Made by a program: the position numbers and the translations under genes. Shown one piece after another: positions 26,156 through 40,719 of a stretch of DNA of 64,000 nt (positions are counted from its first letter, which is position 1; each line of letters opens with the position of its first letter). The notes under the pieces were generated by a model. The model had not been told where the DNA came from and did no database searches. It saw only the letters and a program-made list of their open reading frames with translations. Source of the stretch: Octopus vulgaris. Taxonomy: Eukaryota. The stretch covers positions 153,884,001 through 153,948,000 of the forward strand of contig OX597816.1 in NCBI GenBank assembly GCA_951406725.2, read 5' to 3'.

Positions 26156-26381
26156 GTGAGTGAATCGGTTTTTGCATTAAACTAGTATGAGAAGTAAAAA
26201 TGTGTGTGGAAGGTGTGTATGTGTTCTTGATATATTTATGTATTTGTTTACACATGTGTATCCAAGTTGTCCAATCCAAATTTCTATCTCTCTTTTCTAT
26301 ATCTATCTGTTTCTTTGTCTGTCTATAAGTACACATGTTTGCTTACATGCTGTTATATATGTCTTGTGATCTGTTCACATA

Positions 26382-26388
<7 letters not shown>

Positions 26389-26467
<79 letters not shown>
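26389..26467. repeat. (CT)n microsatellite
   Basis: Seen directly. Confidence 0.95.
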
Positions 26468-26473
<6 letters not shown>

Positions 26474-27892
26474 TCTATCTCATACTCTCCAGAGTACCTG
26501 ATTCAAATATAGAACTACTATCTATTTATGACCCAAGTATTTTAGTTTACAATTTTTTTAGTAGATGAGAACGACCATCTTCATGCTAAACAGACAATAA
26601 AGATAGTCTCCATTATATCAGACTAGCAGAAAGACCGCCCTCCAGGCAGTTTTCTGCCAGTCCCTTGATAATGTTTTCACATTTGATTTTTATATAATTC
26701 TTATATTTCACATCTAATTATTTATTTGTATAATAGTGCTCACTTGCTTAGTAAATATTGCTTTCATTATCTTATCACAGTCATAATCTCTCTTTTTTTT
26801 AACAAACATCACAGTTGTCCAAAACAGAGGGAGAAGCAGTTTGTCAAGTTTTTCCTTCCCCTCAAAGCAACATAGCGATTTCAATTCAGCAACCCATCAG
26901 TAAGCTTTGTGGTGTCTGTATGTGAGAGAGAGAAAGAGAGAGCGCAGGAGAGAGAACATTACAAATAATTAATGATAAACATGAAATGAAAAAATCATAA
27001 ATAAAAAGACATTACTACAGATATATATGCCCCCGAATTTGTTGCCTCATAACATCCAGAAAAATAGATACGTTTTGATAAAATTTTCTACAAATACCGC
27101 TTAGATGTTGTGGCTTCAGAGTATATAGAGATTTATAGGAAACAATTTTTCCAAGGGGGTGGAGAGGGGTTTTGGAAAATTCAATGATCTGACTTTTTTC
27201 GCCATAACTTTCAAGAAAATGGGGTTATCTTTTAATGAAAATTAATACAAATCCCTTTCAGATGGCATAGATTACAATTATAAAGAAATTTATATGGGGA
27301 AATTTTTTCAGGATTTTCCCCATTTTTTTTTTAAACCACAGCCTTTGAAATGGAAACTTTTTTTAACAGCCGCTCCCTCATCATCCCACTCTGGACCTAT
27401 TTTGGACAATTTTTTTTTTTTTTGCACTTCAAAACCATGGGAAGAGCATTTTTGATAAAGAAATTTTTTCAAATTGTCAGTATTTTCAAAGGGAAAAGTG
27501 AGTGATTTAAGGACAATTTGGCAGTTGTTTCTAGCGCATCCAAAGACAACCTTCCTCGTTTCTTCATCACTCTCACATATATTGATGTTTTGCAATATTT
27601 TTTCCTCATAAATACAATTACATTTAAATGCTATAAAAAAGAAAATTTGAGAAATTATGAATTTTTTGCGACCCCACTCCCTGCACCCCAATTGTTTCTG
27701 TTTAGAAATTAAAATATTGGAGAACCTGAGAAGGTTATTACTGGCATTTATCCACAGTGATTTTTTAAAATTACAGAGATGCACTTGCATAGCAAGTGAC
27801 TTTAGCTGAGATCGTGTGCTGAAACAAAAACAATTGCAGCATGGAAGATGTTTGTAAGTCATCCAAGAACACACAAAAACTGTTAGTTTCAC

Positions 27893-28071
27893 AGCACTAC
27901 TTAAATACAGAGGTCCCGATGCATCTACGTAACAATATGATGGGGAGGGCTAGTTTTAAGGTTAGAGCTAGGGTGTCATTACACGTCCACACAACGTACA
28001 TTTAAAATATTTTGTACATAACACCTGTATTTAATTAGTACCATTAAGAGACCTCTATTTAAGTAGTACCT
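27893..28071. mobile_element. Small TIR element (MITE-like)
   Basis: Inverted ends actacttaaatacagaggtc / gacctctatttaagtagt, with direct repeat gtttcac on both flanks. Confidence 0.55.
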
Positions 28072-29167
28072 GTTTCACTTCAACATTAAAATTTCATTTG
28101 TGTCGAAATATTTTCGTCACTTTGAAACTGCGACCTGTTCACTGACAGAACTTCACAAAAGTTATGCAGCAAAGTTTTGTCAGTGAGAACATGCCCGCAC
28201 ACACATTCATTGCTTTTCATTTGTGTGTGTGTATTGGTGTGTGTGCGTCACTTGAAGATACTCGTGCAACTCATTTGTGTATATTTTGGCTTAGTGGTAC
28301 AGTGTTTGGAAACTGAATAAGGTGCAAATTTCAAGTACTTGTCAGTAACTTGTTGTTTTTTTTCTCCTTGTCTTCTAATAATAATTACCCAACTTTCTAA
28401 GCTCTTCTCACAGCTATCCTAGGTTCAAAAATTATACAAGTATTTCAAAAAATTTCATTCAGTAAATGTTTTTAAATTACATATACATTAATAGACTAAA
28501 CTGTCAGTTTTCCAAAGAACAAATTAAAATTTAAGAAAAAGTGGGAGACTTTGCAAATGAAAATGGAATACTCTGTAGTGAATGCAATGAATATTTAAAT
28601 TTGCAAGAAATTGAAGTTTAAAAAATTCAATAAACTTGAGAAATCAAAATTATAGGGAAATTTCTTAGAACATGAAGTTATAAAAATATGTCCAGACGGT
28701 CAACCTTTTAATAATTGCTTTCTTTTAGTACTTTTAGTAATTGTTACATACCTAATTAATAAGTAGCTTTCTCCGTTATAGTATAAGATAGATATGAACT
28801 ACATATTTTAAACTAGTAAAGAAGCAATACTTGAATAAAAAACATTGTAACAGTATATAGTTTTCCATTGAAAACATTTTCTTGCATATTTGAAACAATA
28901 TCTAGATTCACCTAAGTGAATATCAGATCTTTGTTAAATAACCTTATATCAAAAAGTCAGTAAATAACAGACCATTCCAGTATTTCCTTTGCAAAGAAGC
29001 TATGTTTATGCTTCACCTTACAGGATTATCAAAGGTGACTTAGACTTAATACTAACCATTACCTAATCTCCTATATTCTCTCGTGATTACATTTTCTTTC
29101 ATACTAGGGATCACTGTCCAAATGGTCACGAAATTGAAACAATGTTGCTTATGCAGTGACATACCGT

Positions 29168-29558
29168 TATCTTTTACTTGTTTCAGTCATTAGAATGCAG
29201 CCATTTTCGGCACTGCTTCGAAGAATTTTTAGTCAAATGTATCAACCCCAGTACTTATTTATATTTTAAAGCCTGGTACTTACTCTATCAGTCTCTTTTG
29301 CCAAACTGCTAGGGTTATGGGGATGTAAACACACCAGCACCAGTTGTCAGGCAGTGTGGGTGGAGGGACAAACAAAGACACACACACATGCATATATGTA
29401 TATATATGACAGACTTCATTCAGTTTCCATCTACCAAATCCACACAAGGCTTTGGTCGGCCCAAGACTATAGTAGAAGACACTTGCCCAAGGTGCCATGC
29501 AGTGGGGCTGAATCCTGAACCATGTGAATGAGAAGTAAGCTTCTTACCACACAGCCAT
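29168..29558 (-). mobile_element. tRNA-derived SINE family A, near full length
   Basis: Minus-strand head TGGCTGTGTGGTAAG...GGATTCAGCCCC, internal (TG/TA)n, tail gactgaaacaagtaaaagata. Confidence 0.85.
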
Positions 29559-30459
29559 ACAAAATATATTCATAAAAATTTGTCCAGGATGAGTGTTTAC
29601 ACCAACTGACTGATATTTGGAAGGCAAAACTGATAGGCAAGTGAAGGAGCTTTAATATTGTCGTTCATTTTATTTCATTTCACGTATTCTAATTAGTCCA
29701 CTTTGCGGGGTGGTTGGTGTTAAGTTGGGCATCCTGCCATAAAGACCATGGCAAACAGACACTAAAGCTTGATGCAATCTTCTACCTAGCTAGCTTCTGT
29801 CAAACTGTTCAACCCATACCAGCATGGAAAGCAGACATTAAATGATGAAGATGATAACTGAAATTTTTCAATGCAGAATCAAATGCTTGGATCAGATTGT
29901 CAAACTTCACAAAAAGGCTTTTTCTGTGTTCTCATGCTTTTTCTGAAGTCTGGTGTAGGCTGAAGATCATATCCACTGTACTTATCTAAAACTACACAAA
30001 CACTGAATATATAGTGAATATAAAGTGTATGTTGGTTTATTCGGATTTAAAAGACACAAGCCAAAGATGTGCAAGATACCTTTGTAGTGTCTAACTCAGC
30101 TTTCCAATGTGCTTTTCAGCTACTTAGTTCAGTCACTGCAATAAATAGATCTCTCAACAGACTATTTCTGTCTTCACAATGTATAGCTTAATAAGTTAAA
30201 ACTCTAGCTAAAATAGTTCTCACTGAAGACAATTACATCCACATCTTGACTGCTGAACATACATGGAAATTCAGCCCCAAACCAATGTGCTAGAAACCTT
30301 TTATTGTTACTCAGCACTTATGGGCTACTCCTAAATATTCGATCAATCACATTCATTTCCTAAGTTTACTCAAGCTGAGCTGACCAGCTACTACACAACA
30401 AAAGCATACAAGATTTGTCTTGCTCTCTTGTTTTTTTTTTTTTTTTTTGGGGGGGGGTT

Positions 30460-30700
30460 GAGTGGGAGGTCATTATAAGGGAGGATCTTTGCCCATAACA
30501 TTCTCGGATTCTCTAGAACTAATGAGAAAGATGTGGCTTCTGGTCAGCTTCAGCATCTGTAAGTAGATGTCTACAGAAACATGTGGCTGGAAAGGTATTC
30601 CAAAGAGTTGACTATCTGGTAAGGCAAAATTAGACAAGAGGACTAGTACAAATCCTGTGGAGAACACAGTTGTAGTGACAAGAGGAAGAGAAACAGGTGA
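30460..30700 (-). mobile_element. CR1/L2-like LINE 3' remnant
   Basis: Minus frame STLWNTLP motif, typical of CR1/L2 C-termini. Heavily decayed. Confidence 0.4.
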
Positions 30701-33700
30701 AGGTGGTATGCAAATGGCTACTATAAACTACTTCCTAGTTGTTTCTTTGAATGTGTATCACAGTTACTAATATTACATTGTATGTATGACTGTCACAGAT
30801 AGACCTTCAATAAAAATTTGAACTGCAAGTCACTCCTGAAATTTTTTTGCAATGAAATAGAATGGTAGCGGGGGTCAGAGGAATTTCGTCATTTATTTTG
30901 ACATTTCTTTTCATGCAATCATTTTAATGGTGCATGAGGGTGGGGTTTGTCTTTCACTTTCATATTTGTTTCATAGAAATTATATGAAATTTTTATTGTA
31001 TTTGCTTTTCTTAAATTCATACAAGTTATAAGATATTTTATCAGTATAGAAAGTCACTCACCTATTCTGCATATCACTTTTCTTCTCTTTAAAGACTTTT
31101 TCTCTTTGGTGAGTGTTATTTTTCTCTCTATCAAGAAGATTTTTTTGTTAAACCAATATATGTATCACAAGAGATAGTGTACAAAATTTAAGTTTTAACT
31201 AATAATACTCAGTTAACTGTTATAATTAATTATTATTATACACTGTTGAGTCTATTCAGACAACTTTTATTTTTCTGCATGTATACATTAATAATAAAGA
31301 AGGAGAATTAGAAAGGCAAAAGACACTGGAAAAGAACAAAGATATTATAGGGAGGTAAAAAGGAAACAGAAGGAAGAAAAAAAATGGAAAAAACAAATAG
31401 GTGATAATTCAGGAATTCCAGTAACAGGTCATGGGGCTGAGCAGCCACAAGACTGAAGCCTTGATAAACCTTCTAACAGATAAACATACACACACACACA
31501 TGTATAGCTGACTTATAGTTTCTTATAGATACTTATAGATTCACAATATATAATGTGTGCAAACTGGATATTGGACAGACACTTTTGATGTATTAAATTT
31601 CTAAAATTTTCTCTTTTTGTCTCTTGGTCTTGTGGCCCATTTCTGTAGGGAGATTATTTTCAACTTGACTTTCTGTTTCATGGCCCCTCAATGTTGTGAA
31701 TCTTTGGTCTATTACAATGTACCTGCATCCCAATGCATATAACAGCAATTCATGTGTATTACTTAAGTTACTTTTACATGGAATATTCAGAGACAAAACA
31801 ATACCAGGTAGTGGTAAATGAAGAGGTTGCTGCATGAATTGCTTGAATAGTGGCAGTTTTTAGAGCAATGGCTATAATACCTTACAACATTTGGTCTAGC
31901 TCTCTGCACTCTGAGATCAAATCCCATTGGGTTGACTTTACATTATCATTTCAAGATTGATGAAGTCGCAGTTCAGAGCACTGAATTGGCAGAATTGCTA
32001 GAGGATTATACAAAATGCTTTATAATTATTCTGGATCTTTGCATTCAGAATTAATCTCCAGCTTTCTGGAATCCCATCAGTAGCAAATTTATTCTAGAGT
32101 ACTGGTATGATATCCAATGTAAGAAAGAGACTGCCAATAAAATTCCTGTAAACTCACAAAACTAATATAGTATGAGTTCAAAAATGTGCAGAATTTTCAT
32201 TTTTATGTCACTTCACTTAGCAACTATTTATGTAAAACTACAGTTTGGTCATTGGTTCATGTTCTAAGAAAAATTATGGCGCTCTTACTGCTTCTGAAAT
32301 AGCAACCATTCTATTTAGAACAGAAGAAAAGAGTAGTGGACATTAAACATTGTTTTCTGTAAACATGATGAGAGTTTACTGCAAATTATCCTGCTGAATC
32401 TGGGTTATGTTCCATTGCACATTGTTCTTTTATCCGTAAGGAGTGAGAAATGTTGAAACTTTTGGCTCATGGGTGTGAATAATAACATCAATATAATGCA
32501 GATGGACAACAGAATTATGCAAGCAGAATGAAGTATCATATCAATGATTCTTAAATGTTTTACTTGAGAGGAAGATGTTCACAAGATTACATTCATGATA
32601 GCCATTGCAAAGTAGAAAAACAGCTCAACAGGTCAAAAAAGAATCAATAGAAGAGCAGTGTTTTTACAGTTTGATAAACTAATGCAAAAGTGGTGACCTA
32701 AATAACGATGCTACTAACTATTGTGTGCTTCTATTTTCCTTCATTAAGGGGTCTGTGTTATACAAAATCTCTTAATGCTGTTGTTGAAGCTATAAATAAG
32801 GAAATTATCAACTTACTTGAATGGCAAAACAGTCACTTACAAAATCATTCGTAGCTGCAATTGAAGAAGACAAACTCCAGTGAAGTTCCTTGCCATTGAG
32901 AAAAAGATATGTTATAATATTGTGAAATTTATATAAAATTAATAGGTTTTGCAATCAAAGAATTTGAATAACCCATTAACATGAGCACGTGATTGAATGC
33001 AACATTGTTACAGAAGATATATTGCACAATTAAACTGAGAACTTAACATTCTTCTGCTAGTACCTTTATACAATTACTATTTTCAGTTAATAAATCTCAT
33101 TATCAGTCAATGAATAAGTAGATTTATTTTTCCGACTAATCTATTTGCAGGTTGCTATAATAATGATGTTGGACAAGTCACCAACATTTGTATATTGAAC
33201 TTTTCTAGTGATAAAGCTTTTGCTTTATCAATCAGATACTCATTTCAAATAAATTTATATTCATATAGACTTGTTTTTGTAGGTTTTTCTTTTTATCATC
33301 CAGAATCAACTACCTAGCAAAGCAAGACTGAGCACATTTATTGTTATGAATATATCCATAAAAAAATTATGTAAAATGTATTTATAATGCTCAAAGAATC
33401 AAAATATAAATTTACTCATCCAACAACAGCCATTGTGTTGTTCTTTTGACCAAGGTGCATAACTTTGCACTCTCCACTTTGTGTGACTCAAAAAAACAGG
33501 TTCATTCATGCTTCTATTGATAGTGTTATAAGGAAATGCATCCAGTTCTAAATACAACTGTTCCAACATAAAAAGAATTTACTCTCACTCCTATACACTC
33601 CTATACACTCAAGAAAATCAGTGTGAAATAATAAAAAGATTATTCATTCTTTTGGCTTTTATTAAGCTATAATTGACGAAATGAAATGCTTTCAAAGATA

Positions 33701-33806
33701 AAAAATTCAACTATTTATTTTGTAATAAGGTTATTGTTGAACTTTATATCAACTTTTATTTCTTGTCTTTATTTACATAAACCTATTCTGATTCTGTTAT
33801 GAACAG

Positions 33807-33882
33807 CTTCAAAAGGCCGTGGCAACAAAAGGAAAGCACCTCTGGATGGTACGCAGCAAACTGGGACAAAGCAAAAGAAAAG
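33807..33882 (+). CDS. ASH2L: ASH2L exon, basic NLS-like linker: TSKGRGNKRKAPLDGTQQTGTKQKK
   Basis: gaacag acceptor and gttagt donor. Matches [22 protein letters not shown]. Phase 1/2. Confidence 0.9.
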
Positions 33883-34676
33883 GTTAGTGATGTGTTACAT
33901 CCATTTTCACTTTGCTCTTTGCTTTGTAAGCATGTGAGTGTCAGCAGGTGGTGGGAGTGGGGAGTATCAATTTGGGTACGGTGAGAGGAGTGTGAATATG
34001 TTGGTGTTAAATGGTATGTGTGATTGAGATAGGAAAATGTTTACAATCTGAACAAACTATCCTCTTTTTGGAAGTTACTTAATTCAGATTGAGTTCTTGT
34101 CATGCAGACCTATGTTAAATATGTTCTACCCATGACCAACAGGACCAACCATTTTTTTGTTTTTTGTTGTTTTTTTTTCAACCTTACCATGTATTTAGGT
34201 CTCTTATCTATCCAATATATCCTTCCTTTCAAAAAACAAAGACAATAGAGTGGGATTTGAGAGGAATTTTGCTGCTATTTCTAGCAAGTTATGTGATCTC
34301 CTTATTGTCTTAATGGGTGTTGCTTGACCTGATACGCATGTAAGTAATTTAACATTTTTTAGCTTGTGGCTTAGGCTGTAACAGCAGGTTACCTGATAGT
34401 AGCAACAGGTTTGGAGAAGTTTCATGTCTTAGTTGCTGTCACTTCAATTTCTTCATGCTGCTAATGATCTTGGAAAAAGTATCAATCCCACAACCTCTTA
34501 TTTGCTCTTCTTAAAAAGTTCAAGCTTTACACCTATGAAAGAAATTAATATTGTCATCGTCGTGTTTCAGATAGGGATGTTGGCATATTTGTTATGGAGT
34601 AGGCCTGGGTATTTTAGTTGTGTCTCATTGTTGTAAATTTAAATCATTGCATGGATAACACTTGCCTTTTATTATT

Positions 34677-35050
34677 CATCATCATCATCATTTAACATCT
34701 GTTCTCTATGCTGGCATGGGTTGGACAGTTTGACTGAGGTCTGGAGAGCCAGCAGCTGCACTAGGCTCCAATCTGGCTTAGCAGAGTTTCTACAGCTGGA
34801 TGCCTTTCCTAACACCAATCATTCCGAGAGTGTAGTGGGTGCTTTTTACATGCCACCGGCACAGGATAAAGTCAGGCAGGCCTGGCGTCGATCATGTTCG
34901 GATAGTGCTTTTTACATGCCACCGGCACGGAAGCCAGTCAGGGGTTACTGGCCTCAGCCTTGTTCAGATTGTGCTTTTTACATGCCATTTGCACAGGAGC
35001 CAGTCAGGCAGACCTGGCAGCGATCACATTCAGATGTTGCTTTTTACATG
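34677..35050 (-). mobile_element. RTE-tail element (4 units)
   Basis: Four gtgctttttacatgcca units followed by the conserved tail. Confidence 0.85.
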
Positions 35051-35676
35051 AAGGCATATAAGGATGTGTTGATCACATATAGTGGATCAAACCTGCAGAA
35101 GAGGAGACCTCGAAAGACGTGAAATGAAGCAGTGGGAGCTGATCTCAAGATGTCTGGTGATATGAGGGTCTTGAGAAGACCCGCTCTCCTCAGTGAAACT
35201 GAATTCTGAAAGTGTTGTGTATTATGTGCTCTTCATCCACACATAACATTAATTCACACATCTCACCCCAATGAACCAAACTACATCTCTTTATGCACTA
35301 AGCTTGTCTGTCATCTCTCTCCTGCCCTCACCCTGCCAAATGTATTATTACTATCCTGCTGTTCTTTTACACATCTTTGTTCACTACTCACTGCATTCCC
35401 TTTCTCCTTCCTTCTCCCCCCCCCCCCCCCCCGTTATACTCATGTGAACTCCCTGCTCACTCACCATCCAATCTTTTGTACCACTTATATTCACACTCTT
35501 GTATATCATCACCATTGGTGACAGGAAGAGCATTCAGCTGTAGAGCATCTACCTCAGCAAATTCAGTCCAGCCCATGCGAACCTGCAAAAGAGAACATTA
35601 AAACAATGATCATGTATATATAAATAAATAAATCAATTGATCTTTCTCTCTCTCTCTCCCTCTCTCTCTCTCACTA

Positions 35677-35713
<37 letters not shown>

Positions 35714-35892
35714 TGTATGTCTGCTTTGGTTTGGGTGATTTGATAGTAACTGATGAAACAGAGGACCATGTCATTCTCCAATGTCTCGGGTTTTGCATGG
35801 TTTCTATGGCTGAATGCTCTTCCTAATGTCAACCATTTTACTTGGAGGTGGGCTAGAGTATGTGTGTACATACACACACACACATATATATA

Positions 35893-37177
35893 CAGGATGT
35901 GTAAAATATATGAGGAGAGCTTTATGTTTATGAAAAAAAAGATATATAATAACCGATAATAACTTTATTTTTCAAAAAATACTATGTGGATAAAAATAAA
36001 CTTTCTTTTCTATAATGTTATTCAATAAAGCCACCTTCAGCTTCAACAACTACTTCTATATGAGATCTAAATCATCTACATGCTTGAATCAAGTGGTCCT
36101 GGTTCATTTTGGACATTAGTCTGACTATGGCAGCTTTCAAAGAATCTTTGGTGTTATGGGCGTGCTCATTAACCTCTCTTTCAACAATGCTCCATATGTA
36201 ATATTCCAATGGATTGACATCTGGGGAAGTAGGAGGCCAAATGTTAGGGGTTATGTGATCATGAAAATTTTCAGCCATCCATTCCTGTGTCATTAGAGCC
36301 ATGTGTGATAGTGCAGTCTTACTGAAACACATATGGCCTTCCATTGCATACACTGTCTATCCAGGGCTTAACAATTGTTTTCAGGACCTCAATGTAGGCA
36401 GTAGAGTTAACTCTAAGGTCTTGTGGAAAGATGTAAGGAGGCATCATATGTCCTTCATTGCTGATAACCCCTAAAACCATGACAGTTGCAGGAAATTTTG
36501 TATGCATAACACTTGGAACTTCAGAAGGTTCTGCACATAACCATCTGTCATTTCTTCTGTTAACTTTTTGATCTTGGTTGAAGTTTTTCTCATTGAGAAA
36601 AACCAAATCAAATCTTTTGCTGAATTTTCCAGTTTGTTTAAGAACCTTTTAGATCTGATGTAGTGATTTTCTTTTGCTTTTTCTGACAAATTGGCCTTTT
36701 CTCATCATATAAGACTTGTCTTCATGGACAACATTTCTGACTGTTCCTTTTGACACATGGGGATCTTTTGCATGGACTTTCTGGGATTGTAATCAATAGT
36801 CTGTTGAACTTGCAAGATAAATTCAAGGGTTCTGATGATTTCAGAGTGTTTAGAATGCTTTTTATGCTTCAATACTGGTGATATGTTTTCATCTTCAGTT
36901 TCTAACTCCTTACAAACTTTCTAGACGAAAGATCTGGCAACATATAAAAATCAAGATATTTCTAAATTGCTATGCTCAGCCTTTATAACTGCAATAACAG
37001 CATGCCTCTTCATTTCTTGAGTAAGCTGAGAGTCTGCCATTATTATTTTCTGAAACAAAGATTATACAGAGTTAGCAACAAATGCAGCAGTGACCCAAAA
37101 AATACCTTACAAAGGTATGACATCTGCAGAACTTCTACCAAGCATAAAGCCTAATTCTGTTCTTATAAGTTGTGCTG
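35893..37177 (-). mobile_element. Second Tc1/mariner (maT-like) transposase relic
   Basis: Frameshifted NEKNF, TKFPATVMVLGVISNEG, RPYVFQ, WPPTSPDVNPLEYYIW. Boundaries approximate because TIRs are poorly preserved. Confidence 0.85.
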
Positions 37178-38239
37178 TAACTCTTTCTGTAACCCTCATA
37201 GCTTGATCCAACAACATGATAACTCTAATTGCCTTTCTCTAATGCATTTCCTCTTCCCTTGTAGTGGGACACACTGATACTGCTATGCCAGTCATCAGGT
37301 ATAGTGCCTTCCTGTTTTCCTGGTTAATACTTTGGTGGTTTGTGCCTATCCTCCATTGCCAGATAACTTAAGCATCTCAGCAACTATACTCAATAGACAG
37401 CTGAACCTATCTTCATATCCTTAGTTACTCTATCTACCCTCCTGCTGTCAACTTGAATCTCTAGTCCTTTTCTTGAGTTAACTTGAGGAATACTCTCTTT
37501 TTCTTATGCATTCTTCTCATTCAACAACCTCTCATAATAGCATTTCCATGCCTCTTTTCATCAGCTGTAAGAGCACATGTGCTTCTATCAATGCAGATGT
37601 ACTTGTCCTCAATGACATCTTGGTCTTCTCTGGCACACTGTCTTGCAATCCAGAACACCTCGTACTTCTGATTTTTACATCATGAAACATTTTCAAATTT
37701 CTTCCTTTCTGCTTTCATGTTCCCTGTCTTAATTATTAATTGTAAGTCAGTTGCTCCTGTGGAACAAAAAATAAGTTATTAACAACTCAAAACATCTAGG
37801 TAGTTTTGAGCCATGGCCAATACTACAAATTTCATTAGGATACAGTTCCTGGGCCTTTCTGTCTCACAAAAAAAGAAACCAATTTTTAAGACTAGAATTG
37901 ATGCAAATGGTTGAGAGTGGTATTAGATGCTATACAAATATGAAGTTAACTTTATGGATGTAAGTTTTCCCCACCTTCATCATCATTATAGTCATTGTTT
38001 TGACTATTTGATTTATCAGTTGGCTAGGTCTGCAATACAACTTGTTTCCATTCTGTACCATATTACCTGTTGGGTCCAACTATCTCTGATGTAACCTATT
38101 CAACCAAAAATCTATCATTTACCTTTACTATCAACTCACAACACTTTTTTAGTTAACATGACAGCAAATTTGAAGTGGTCAAATTATTCTTAAATCTCTT
38201 AAGAGCACAATTTTTATCTTTTGTATTTTTTAAATCCAG

Positions 38240-38457
38240 TGAATTGAATTCTGCAATGAAGCTAGCCCCCCATGGCTACCCTCTGGAGCATCCATTTAAC
38301 AAAGATGGCTATCGTTATATCCTAGCAGAACAAGACCCACATGCACCTAATAGACAAGCTTTTGATGAGAGTTCAGACTGGGCTGGAAAGCCTATTCCCG
38401 GTTATTTGTACCGAACATCTTTAGGAAATGATGTCCTCTTCGCTTTGCATGACCGTG
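38240..38457 (+). CDS. ASH2L: ASH2L exon: [37 protein letters not shown]...[12 protein letters not shown]...ALHDR
   Basis: Near-identity to the ASH2L signature [20 protein letters not shown]. tccag acceptor and gtaagc donor. Confidence 0.97.
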
Positions 38458-38990
38458 GTAAGCAGGAATTTACTGATCTTGTGACTGTTTTATATTACAC
38501 TTAAAATGTATTCTTTTTCATTTTTCTCTAACTATAGGAAAGGATATACTCCTTGCTTTATTGTGTGCTGGTAGAACTAAACAAATGCTAGACACCTTTT
38601 GGAGTTGTCTTAAGAAATTGTAATGATCAAAAATGAATATGGTGACAAAAATTTATTTAACTTGTTATTTAGCCTCAGGTCAGTTCTATAATAGAAGACA
38701 TTCCAGCTATGGCTATTCCAGCTTTGAATTTATTTTTTCAGGTGCTACTGTGTGGTTGAGAAGTTTGCTTCCCAACTACATGATTTCAGGTTCTGTCTAA
38801 CTGTGTGGCACCTACTATAGCCTTGATTCAACCAAAACCTTATCAGTGGATTTGGTAGACAGAAGCTGAAAGAAGTCTGTCACATATATATATATAAACA
38901 GGAAATCTAATTCCTATTCTATTATTAATTGTTTTGAATCCCTGTTTATGTGCTTCTTCTCTTCTACAGTATTTGTTTTGTTTCTTTTAG

Positions 38991-39068
38991 CTCCACAACT
39001 AAAAATTTCAGATGATTGTTTAACTGTGACTGGAGATAAAGGATACAGCATGGTGAGAGCCACACATG
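38991..39068 (+). CDS. ASH2L: ASH2L exon, SPRY start: [26 protein letters not shown]
   Basis: ttttag acceptor and gtcagt donor. Matches [26 protein letters not shown]. Confidence 0.96.
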
Positions 39069-39643
39069 GTCAGTTATTGGTTTTGTTATTTTATTTATCT
39101 CATTAGAACTGTTTATATTATTTAATTTGTATTATGCTATAATAAGTATTGCTATATGTTGTGTTGTGCTGCTTGAAAGAGCATGTTGTGTATTTTGTTG
39201 CAATCTGTATGTTCTGTGTTGTGGCATTGTATCTTCTGAATTGTAGTCTTCTGTTCTGATTGCAGTCTTCCTTGTTCTGTATTAATATGTTGTGTTCTAT
39301 GTCACAGTGTCAAATATTGTGTTGCTATGTCATATGTGCTGTCTTGCAGTTTCATGTATTTTTTGTTGTAATGTTATGTGTCCCTTGTTGTGATGTCAAA
39401 TATTCTGTGTTGCAATGTTATGTGTTTTGTTTTGCCATCTCATGTTTTTTTTTTCTTTTGAGCTATGATGTGGTCCTATCTGATCTGTGATACTATGTCA
39501 AGTTCTCTAAATTATCCAGTTCGTTAATGCAAATATAAGGAGCCCCTACAACTTTGCTCTACCTACTTAGTAATAGTAGCCAAATTTCCCTCAAATTACA
39601 CCCTTCTCTCTTAAAAAAGAGCAGTCACATGAGATAATGTAGT

Positions 39644-39726
<83 letters not shown>

Positions 39727-40409
39727 CTGAAAAAGACAAGCTAGTTATCGCTGGAAAGCCCTTAATCAGGGTTGAGCCAGGGCTAAAGCAACAACAAGCA
39801 TGATACACTTGGAAACAAAATTCAAATGATTCTGATACAGTAATGCTGTACTTGAAAATAATATATATTTTACTACAAACAATTTTAAAAACAAAATATT
39901 CTTGTCATTTTATGGCAGGACTGCACATCATTGCCGTGAACCTGTAAAAATTAATAATACAAGCTTCCAATAAGACAGTGCGATAAGTCATCTTTCTTGA
40001 ATGGGTTGGACAGGTCCTTGCCAACACAGCATCTCCCTAATTATCATGTTCTTTTGTCATTTGTTGTATGAGATTAAACACCCCAAGATCAGCTTTAACC
40101 ACTTCTGCTCATGTTTTCCTTGGTCTTTCTCTTCTTCAGCTTCCTTCTACATGGATATTCTAGCACTTTACCTATCTGTTACCCACCATACATATTACAT
40201 GTTCATACCAATGTAGACTTGCACACTACTGCTAATTCCTTTTATAACTGGTCTATATTGCAACTCATCTTTATCTCTTCATTCATGCAAACTAATATTA
40301 CAGACCCAGCAGATTTGTAATAATGATAATAATAATAATAATAATAACAATAACAACAGCACATATGACATAGCAACACAATATTTGACACTGTGACATA
40401 GAACAACAA

Positions 40410-40562
40410 CAACAACAAATACCTTAAGAGAACCCAGGTTTGAAATTTTCCCAAGAAGGTATATCAGCCGAAATGTTGTGTTAACAACAAACAAGATGAG
40501 GACAAATATCCATCAATTGTAAATAATATACATAATTCCTCAGCTCTTAAATATAGAACTGG
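40410..40562 (+). mobile_element. Penelope-type tail fragment homologous to 20465-20742, hammerhead core deleted
   Basis: aaataccttaag..gagaacccagg..cccaag[deletion]..tatatcagccgaaatgttgtgttaacaac. Confidence 0.65.
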
Positions 40563-40719
40563 AAGGACTAAGTTATCAACAGATAGGAGTTCCCATGGAC
40601 AGCCAATTTTAAATTACTATTATAACTTCGAGAACTATAATAAATAGGAAATCACTAAGAACTGAGAGCCTTGATGGACACCTATCTGCATGCTAAATTC
40701 TGCTAAACTCCTTGCCAAT

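Noticed and set aside
27308-27892. 194-aa minus-strand ORF
   Set aside because: No recognisable domain, it runs through homopolymer tracts, and it lies in repeat-like intronic sequence.
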